Position numbers and translations under genes: made by a program. DNA of 63,851 nt, counting the filler, from Bigelowiella natans CCMP2755 (Eukaryota > Protista > Cercozoa): NCBI GenBank assembly GCA_000320545.1. It is 4 parts of 4 records of this genome, joined end to end, with 100 filler letters (N's around TTAATTAATTAA, not from the genome) between each part and the next. Parts side by side here need not be neighbours in the genome. Positions count along the whole stretch, not along the records: positions 52,767 to 62,362 come from ADNK01000831.1; positions 62,463 to 63,851 come from ADNK01002563.1; 2 more parts are not named here. One strand, written 5' to 3'. The notes beneath the pieces were generated by a model that did no database searches, was not told the origin of the DNA, and saw nothing but the letters and a program-made list of their open reading frames with translations. The number at the start of each line of letters is the position of its first letter. Within the stretch, counting starts at the first letter, position 1. Below, in pieces: positions 56,621-63,851 of the stretch.

Positions 56621-56901
56621 TGGGGAGGGGAGCTCCTATCCCCGAAATCCTCGTTCCTTTTTCTCGGTACAAAATACTGACAATACTAAAATTTGGGATA
56701 ACAGGAGAAAGCGACCTGAATAAATCCTTGTCGCAGGGTAAAATAATAGACGGATTTTGTCTAAAACCTAGCTTTCTTTGTCGTCGTCTTCGAGAGCAGC
56801 GTCGAGACGGGTTTCCTCCCGTCCTTCTCGCCGATTCCGACCGACCAGCTCTCCGCCCCAGCCCCGCCGCGCTTTCTGCCTGCGTGCATGCGGCGGGACG
56901 C

Positions 56902-58158
56902 ATGGAGGGGGCGCTGGAGGCCGTCAGCCTGCTGAAAGGGGTCGATACTGTCGATGCCAAGGTGGGTTGTTGCGTGGATTCTTGATGGAGCTGGGAATGC
57001 TTCGGTCTAATTGACGTTCCGTTGCTGCTATCTTGACACGAAATGCTCTCTATCGAAACAGCATTTGACCCGCGAGAGATTTCTGGAAAGTGTTCGGGAC
57101 GGGCAGCCTCTCCTCATACGGTAGTAGTAGTCTTGTGAGTGGCGCTGTTGTAAGGAGCTACTAAGGCTTCTGCGTGCCGCTGATCCCTTCCACTTTCTTC
57201 TGCTTCTTCCTCCTCCTCCTCCTCCTCTTCTTCTTCTTCTTCTTCTTCTTCTTCTTCTTCTTCTTCTTCTTCTTCTTCTTCTTCTTCGATTCACTACCTC
57301 AGAGGTGCCGCCTCGCATTGGAAGGCAATATCGAAGTGGACGCCCGAGTAAGTTGCCCAGTAAAGAACACTCGCCCATAACACAAGCATACACGCATGCA
57401 TACATCGAGTGAGGATGGTGCTTGTTGAATGCAATGTGGAAATAGGTATCTTCGCAACGCACACGGCCGGAAAATCGTCTCTGCTGCCCCGCTGCTGCGA
57501 TCACGGGTGCGTGGGATGGCGGCGCGTTTGGGGACATTTATTTGATTTCATTGGTGTGAATGCTCGTCGCCGTGCACCCTTTTTTATCTAATCATCACGA
57601 TAGGCGGCGTCGTTCGAGACTATCTTCTTCTTCCTCTTCCTCTTCTTCTCTTTCTTCTAATTGTCTTCTTCCTCTAATCCTAATCGTCAGGGTGGGCGCA
57701 ACGCTTGGGTGGAGCCCACGCGCCTCTGGCCACGCCCAGGCGCCCCTGCTGCTTCCTCCACCAAAATCAGAGGGGGGGGGGGGCGTGCCAAAGACGAGGA
57801 GAAGAACGACGACGGTGAGACCGCAATGAGCGTGCGCGTGCGTGCGTGGGTGTGCCTGTGTATTCGCACGTTTGCGTGTTCCTTCCCAATGGGATAAGTA
57901 CCTTTCTACCCCCCGCTTCGAACCGTTTTTTTGAGAGATGGTTTATGGAGCGGGGGGGGAGGGCTGTCGATGATGTATGATACACGTTGTAGTTTGTTAC
58001 TTATCATTCATTGATCATCCATTCTTCTTCCTCTTCCTTCGCCTCGCGCCAACGACGAGTAGCCGAGCACTCCCCCTCCTTTCCGTTGACGCTCTGCTCC
58101 CTTTCCAAGCGAAGGGAGATGACGATGGCGCGGTTTCTCTCGTAATGACATCGAATGA

Positions 58159-58201
<43 letters not shown>

Positions 58202-59332
58202 GGTGGTATTAATGACGAAAATCATCATTAACAATGATGCATAGCTAGCAGGGAGAATGATGAGCTCCCCTCGCTCGTTCGCTCTGACAATCCCATCCTT
58301 CCGGGTGTTGTTAGGCTGATACAGGGCTGCCGTGGGAGGAGGCAGCAGCAGGAGGAGGAGGGGGGGCAGCTTCGGAAGAAAAAGCTTGTTGTTGATTGCA
58401 GCACTCGGCCTCCTCCACACCAACGGGAGGGGGGAGGGGATGATGATGGGAAGGAAGAAGAAAAGGAAAAAGAAGAAGAAGAAGAAGAAGAAGAAGACAC
58501 ACAATTCACATTCTATATCGACGGTGGCCGCAACTTGGAGGAGGAGGTGGAGGAGGAGGAGGAGGAGGAGGGAAAGAAGGAAAAAGGGCAACGGGAGGCG
58601 GTGCAGGAATCTTGCGGCGGCGGCGATGAGAAAGCGGAGGACCGAGAGAAGCCCACGAACACAGAGGGGGGGGAGAGAATCGAACAGGGTTGCACTGATG
58701 ACAAGGGAAACAACCCTTATAAGAGGCGCTCCTTGGCGTTCCTGAAGCACGACCTAGGGTATTAGCTCCCTCCCCCCCCCCTCCCTCCTTTAGATTTATG
58801 CGCTCATACTTACTCGTGATATCCGTCGTGCTGTTCTTGCTGCTGCGATTTGGTGCGTGTTGCTCGTTAGAATGCCGAACGTGCCGTCGGAAGGGATGAT
58901 TCCCTCGCATCAGAGCTTGTGGATGGGTCTGCGTTGTTGGAATCTTTGCTGTTGTTGTTATTGCTGCTGCTACTGCTGCTACTGCTGCTACTACTATCGT
59001 TGGCTCGACCATAATTTTACCTATCCTGTATAATTATTACGATCGATCTTCTCATTGTTGTTGTTTGTTGTTTGTTGTTTGTTGTTTGTTGTTGTTGTTG
59101 TTCCTGTTCTTGTCGCTGGCATCAGGCGGCAATGCCGTCACCAGCATGCACTTTGACAGCTTCGAGAACCTTTACTCGGTGGTCAGGGGCGTCAAGAAGT
59201 TCGCACTGGTGCGCCGATAGAGCGAGACGACGATCAAAACGACGATGATGATGATGATGATGATGATGATGACGAGATTGAGGAGGGGAAGGAGCAGAAG
59301 GAAGAACATCGATACAAACGTATATGTGTGTA

Positions 59333-59370
<38 letters not shown>

Positions 59371-59392
59371 TTATATCATCACACACACGCAC

Positions 59393-59430
<38 letters not shown>

Positions 59431-61044
59431 CGCACGCATGCGTCGATTCGGCACACATTTTTAATAAGAATCAACCCCGAGACATCGATTCTCCCCGCGA
59501 ACGCGGTGGTTTCCGCACTGCTGCAGGTTGCTCCGAAGCACTCGGCGAAGATGGTGAAAATGCCACTATGCAAGGTAGCAGTGGCGACGGTGATGATGAT
59601 GAAGCGGGAGACTGCTATTCCTCTTCTTCTTCTTCTTCTTCTTCTTCTTCTTCTTCTGTTGTTGGTGTGAATTGGAGGATTGAGTCGGGCTGGAATGAGT
59701 GGTGCTTTCCTACTTGCTGCTGTTAATTCGGCGGTTTGCTGCGACATGTAAAGGGTGTTGCAGACGTCGAGATCAGCCAGGAGGAGGGGGCGGCGAAAAA
59801 ACGGAACCCTGGCATCAAGCGCCTGGTAGTAGTTTTCATAGAAATGGGTCATGGCAGCAGTGGACCTTTGGTTGCTATTCATCCAGATATATCACCAGTA
59901 TCCCTTCAATTCTGCCTTTGATGTTGTTGTCTGTGTACTCACTCGCTACTGCTACCGCGACGGCAATAACCCCATTAGTTCCTACTGTCGTCGCGTTCTC
60001 CCTCTGCATGGCCTCCGCCCCCGCCCCCCACTGGAGTAGCGATGATGATGACCGGTAATGATAACCCGGCTACTACGACAGCTGCTAATCCATCATCAGC
60101 ACCATCATCATCACCATCATCTTCGTCGTCATCATCCACTCCTACTACGGTGTGGAACTACTCTTCCTTCAACTGGAATGCCTCCACGATGAAGCAGCGC
60201 TTGCTGTCGCAGAAGGTGGCATCATAAGTAGCCCCCCCGTCTATTATTGCCAACCTTAAAAGTAGTAGTAGTAGTAGTAGTAGCAGTAGTAGTAATAATT
60301 ATATTCGTATGACTTGAAAGTAGCAATGTTGTTGTTGTTGCTGCTGCTGCTTCTGCTGCTGTGTCGTCGGTGACGCTATTATTTCGTGGGCTACAACGAA
60401 ACCAGGCCGAGGTGTGGGCTTGCAGTGTACACGCAGGCGACACGCTTTATCTACCGAGTCATTGGTGGCACACAGGTAGCGCTCGTGGTGTGCGTTTGTC
60501 GTGGTGTAGTCGCGCCTCCTTCGTTTGCCGATGCCCGCATTCGTTCGGTGTTTCCATCAGTGGAGGCGGAGCCTGGTGGGGAAGGAATGTGCATCGCGGG
60601 TGTCCTCGTTCTTCAAGGTTATTATGCAATGTACCACTATGCTTCTCCTACCGCACTATATTGCCACATTGCTGTGGCCCGCACCGTCATCAAGCAATAA
60701 ACAAACTAACGTCCTTCCCTTCTCCTCCTCCTCCCCTGCTAATTGTCTTCATGCGGCGCAACGCACCACTCCTTACCGCGCACGCACTACAGCCTTTGTG
60801 GGCCTACATCAGCCTGGACAAGGTGCTCCTGCTTCGCCAACAGAAGCAGCAGCAGCAGCAGGAGAAGGAGGAGGAGCGACAACAGCAACAACAACAACAA
60901 CGACGACAACACATAGCAGCCACCACCAGCAAGAAGCAAACAGGGCGCAGCCTGCTTCTCGGAAGAATGAAGCGAATTCGAAATCCCGCATATCCTAAAT
61001 CCAGTGTCTTATTTTTGCATCCTTCGTCACAAGTTAAAAAATGA
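56902..61044 (+). CDS. JmjC/cupin-8 2-oxoglutarate Fe(II) hydroxylase (JMJD7-like), multi-exon
   Basis: FLESVRDGQPLLIRGAASHWKAISKWTPEYL, LWMGGNAVTSMHFDSFENLYSVVRGVKKFAL (HxD), VHAGDTLYLPSHWWH (distal His). Confidence 0.88.
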
Positions 61045-61161
61045 ACAACAAAAAACATATGCGTGCGTCGCAATATCGTCTGCAGGTGCTTAAAAGACGG
61101 ATGTAATAAATTTATTAAATCTTTTCAATTGTCATCCTAATGTAGCTGTGCACGGCAGCGT

Positions 61162-61208
<47 letters not shown>

Positions 61209-61732
61209 CTAGTCATGTATGCAACCCATTTACATGAGAGCGCTATGAACAACATTATTTCATGTGCATTTTGACTGCACACCACGCTGGCGCAGTATCG
61301 TAAGACAAACTAACTGGTGCTCTGACAATAATGGATGGTCATCCAGTGGTCGTACGCCCCAACATATATGTACACCATGCTGCATGTTTGTCAAATTCGC
61401 ATGATTTGCAGCTGTGCAGACAGAGCCGTGTATGCGTTATGTGTGGTTAACTATGCTCTTGCGCTCTCGCATATGGCTTCGGTACGTGACTTTCACATAT
61501 GTGTACATGCATTGTTTACATGTAGCCGAAACGATCCCCAAAGCTCGTCACACAATGTGAGGCATGTCTTCAAGTATGTATGTATTATGTATTGAATATG
61601 GCCGGGCATAGCATAAGTCACGCCATTTTGTTACTTCGACATCTCAAATCGATCATCATCCATTACTTCCATCATGCAATGATAAATGTGTAGAGATATA
61701 TTACCCACACATACACAAAAATGGATAATACA

Positions 61733-61780
<48 letters not shown>

Positions 61781-61808
61781 TACATATAGTCATATCTTAC
61801 ACGTGAGC

Positions 61809-62146
61809 CTATCTGATGACTAACGACTTTCTAACCCAAGGGACGATATTATTCCGCAGAAATTTCTCTATGCGCTGGAGCACTGTCTCGTACGGCAGCG
61901 GCCGGAAGTACACCTTCATAAGAAATATGGACGTACAAGCAGAGGCGGGGGTAGGGATGGGATTAGAGTTGAATTCAATGCCTCATCGCTGGTGGGATGC
62001 GCGTTTCCTTATACTACAGCGAAGATCATAATTATTGCGTCTTCACACGCACTTCGGGGGTCTGTGCATCTAACACACGAAGCACGCGTCTTAAGGATGT
62101 GTCCCCACACGCTTAAGCAATAGGTTAAAAGCGTCGCTATCACTAC

Positions 62147-62183
<37 letters not shown>

Positions 62184-62323
62184 GCTATCATCGTTCATCG
62201 TCGCCCTCGTTTGTCATCTACCGCGAGCGCTGCAAGTGCCTCGAGGAACTTGGGGTAAGATAGCTCAGCGGAGTCATAGTCGTTGGCGCCTTCTTGCTGA
62301 ACGCCCGCGAAGATGTAGTATAG
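61809..62323 (-). CDS. 3' exons of a hypothetical protein (EF-hand-like/p25-alpha-like helical pattern)
   Basis: LYYIFAGVQQEGANDYDSAELSYPKFLEALAALA|VYFRPLPYETVLQRIEKFLRNNIVPW. The 5' part is lost in the gap. Confidence 0.45.
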
Positions 62324-62362
62324 CTGTTTGCCAATGGTGAAAGTAAATAACACAGGAGAATG

Positions 62363-62462
62363 NNNNNNNNNNNNNNNNNNNNNNNNNNNNNNNNNNNNNN
62401 NNNNNNTTAATTAATTAANNNNNNNNNNNNNNNNNNNNNNNNNNNNNNNNNNNNNNNNNNNN
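62363..62462. other. Assembly spacer (N44-TTAATTAATTAA-N44)
   Basis: Direct read. Confidence 0.98.
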
Positions 62463-62629
62463 ACATATATATATATATATATATATAAATATGTTAATTA
62501 TATATATATTTTATCCAGACAAAATCATAAAAGCGCAGCAATCATTGTTATATTTTCTCTAAATTCTCATATTCGCCCCCCCCCCCACCCCCCCCGTCCC
62601 ATTCTCCGGTTTCTTCATCTTCCTGATAG

Positions 62630-63635
62630 TCGTGGAAGAGGGGTTCGATCAAGAGGCTCTAGAAGCGGTATCTTGTGCAGAGATCAGTAGGAATAGCCTG
62701 CAATCCTCCCTTCTCCGAAATATAATAGAATGTCTAGAATCTCTCTCTTCCACCCCCCTCTCCCCCCCCCCCCCCCCCCCCCTTCTTGCTGCTATTGAAT
62801 ATGTGAGATGGTGTTGTGGATGACGAAAGGCTTTAAATCGAGTGGAATTTTCTCTGCGAGAATTTGATACGGCCTCTACGCAGCGGTGATGATGAAAGAA
62901 GATGAAGAAGAGAATCAAGGGAGAAAGATGGAGAGAGGGAGGACGTGAGGGGGGGGGAGGGGGGGCGCAGTGAAGTTGGTAGCGGAACCAGATGGCGATT
63001 GGGATGAGTAAACATATTTCTGTTTATGATGATGATGACGACGACGACGATGACGATTGTGATGATGATGATTGGATAATTACAATCCATCCTCCTCTTC
63101 ATGCAAACAAACATCACGCTCGACCCACAGCGGCATGTCGTTTTTGTTTGGGGCGATGTCGGAGTGGAACTACGACAGGGATCCTGTTAAAGGCTTTAAA
63201 TTCGAAGAGTACTGCACAACAACAACAACAACAACAACAACAACGAAAACAAAAAACAACAACATCTACAACACCATCTAAAGCGACAGACAACAAATAG
63301 CGCCAACCAGCAATAGCAATAGTTGCAGTATATTTAGCATGCTTTTCATTCGCTTACCCCCCTCTCCCCCCATGCTTCCTCTAATTGCCCTCACCTGACA
63401 CGCTGCTGTTTCTGCTGCTTTGTCACCGATCTATGCACAGCACCCTAGCAGCCGTGAAGAAGAGTGTAAAGAATGACCCGATGTACCTTAGAAACATCAT
63501 CAAACGAAGGCTCTTGGACAACACGGTAGTAGTAGTAGCATTCGTCGTATGAATTATGGTCAGCATACCTACCCGCCTCTTTTCTCCTATCTTCCATCAG
63601 CACCGTGCACTGGTGACCTCATCACCAGACTCGAC
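62630..63635 (+). CDS. PreP: Internal exons of presequence protease (M16C metallopeptidase)
   Basis: VEEGFDQEALEA|ALNRVEFSLREFDTASTQR|GMSFLFGAMSEWNYDRDPVKGFKFEE|TL...YLRNIIKRRLLDNT|HRALVTSSPDS. Confidence 0.85.
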
Positions 63636-63851
63636 GTAAGAATCCCTAATGATATAATCAACGGGGGGGGGGGAGGGGGGGGAAGAAGTTGGCAGATTGT
63701 TGGAGGGGGATAATATGTCCCAGGATAACGCTTACCGCACATGCACGCATTGGTCGCTGAGATAAATGGCGCTGTCTGGGCATCATCATCATCATCATCA
63801 TCATCATTTTTATCATCATCACCACCATCTCCTTCGTCATTATTACCATGG

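Overview
Intron-rich eukaryotic nuclear DNA in four segments joined by three artificial 100-bp N/TTAATTAATTAA spacers. A signal-peptide plus transit-peptide leader on a BolA gene suggests an alga with a secondary plastid, probably chlorarachniophyte-like (inference). Recognisable spliced genes are a lipase maturation factor homolog, a large discoidin(F5/8)-domain protein, BolA, cytosolic PheRS alpha, CWF19L1, an importin-11-like C-terminus, a DEVD-type DEAD-box helicase, a CmcJ/AsaB-family oxidoreductase, a degenerate G-alpha, a JmjC hydroxylase and presequence protease. Several hypothetical genes are also present. Most short ORFs in the track are microsatellite artefacts. The most striking unexplained signal is a set of intergenic domains (about 25.2-26.1 kb, 27.9-28.7 kb, 50.85-52.05 kb) where the dinucleotide TpA is almost absent except inside CTAG. 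In these domains CpG is retained and TG/CA/CATG/TGCA are abundant. This looks like a targeted TpA->TpG/CpA (A->G) hypermutation process that spares CTAG, a mirror image of fungal RIP. Gene models and counts were made by eye, so exon boundaries and starts are approximate.
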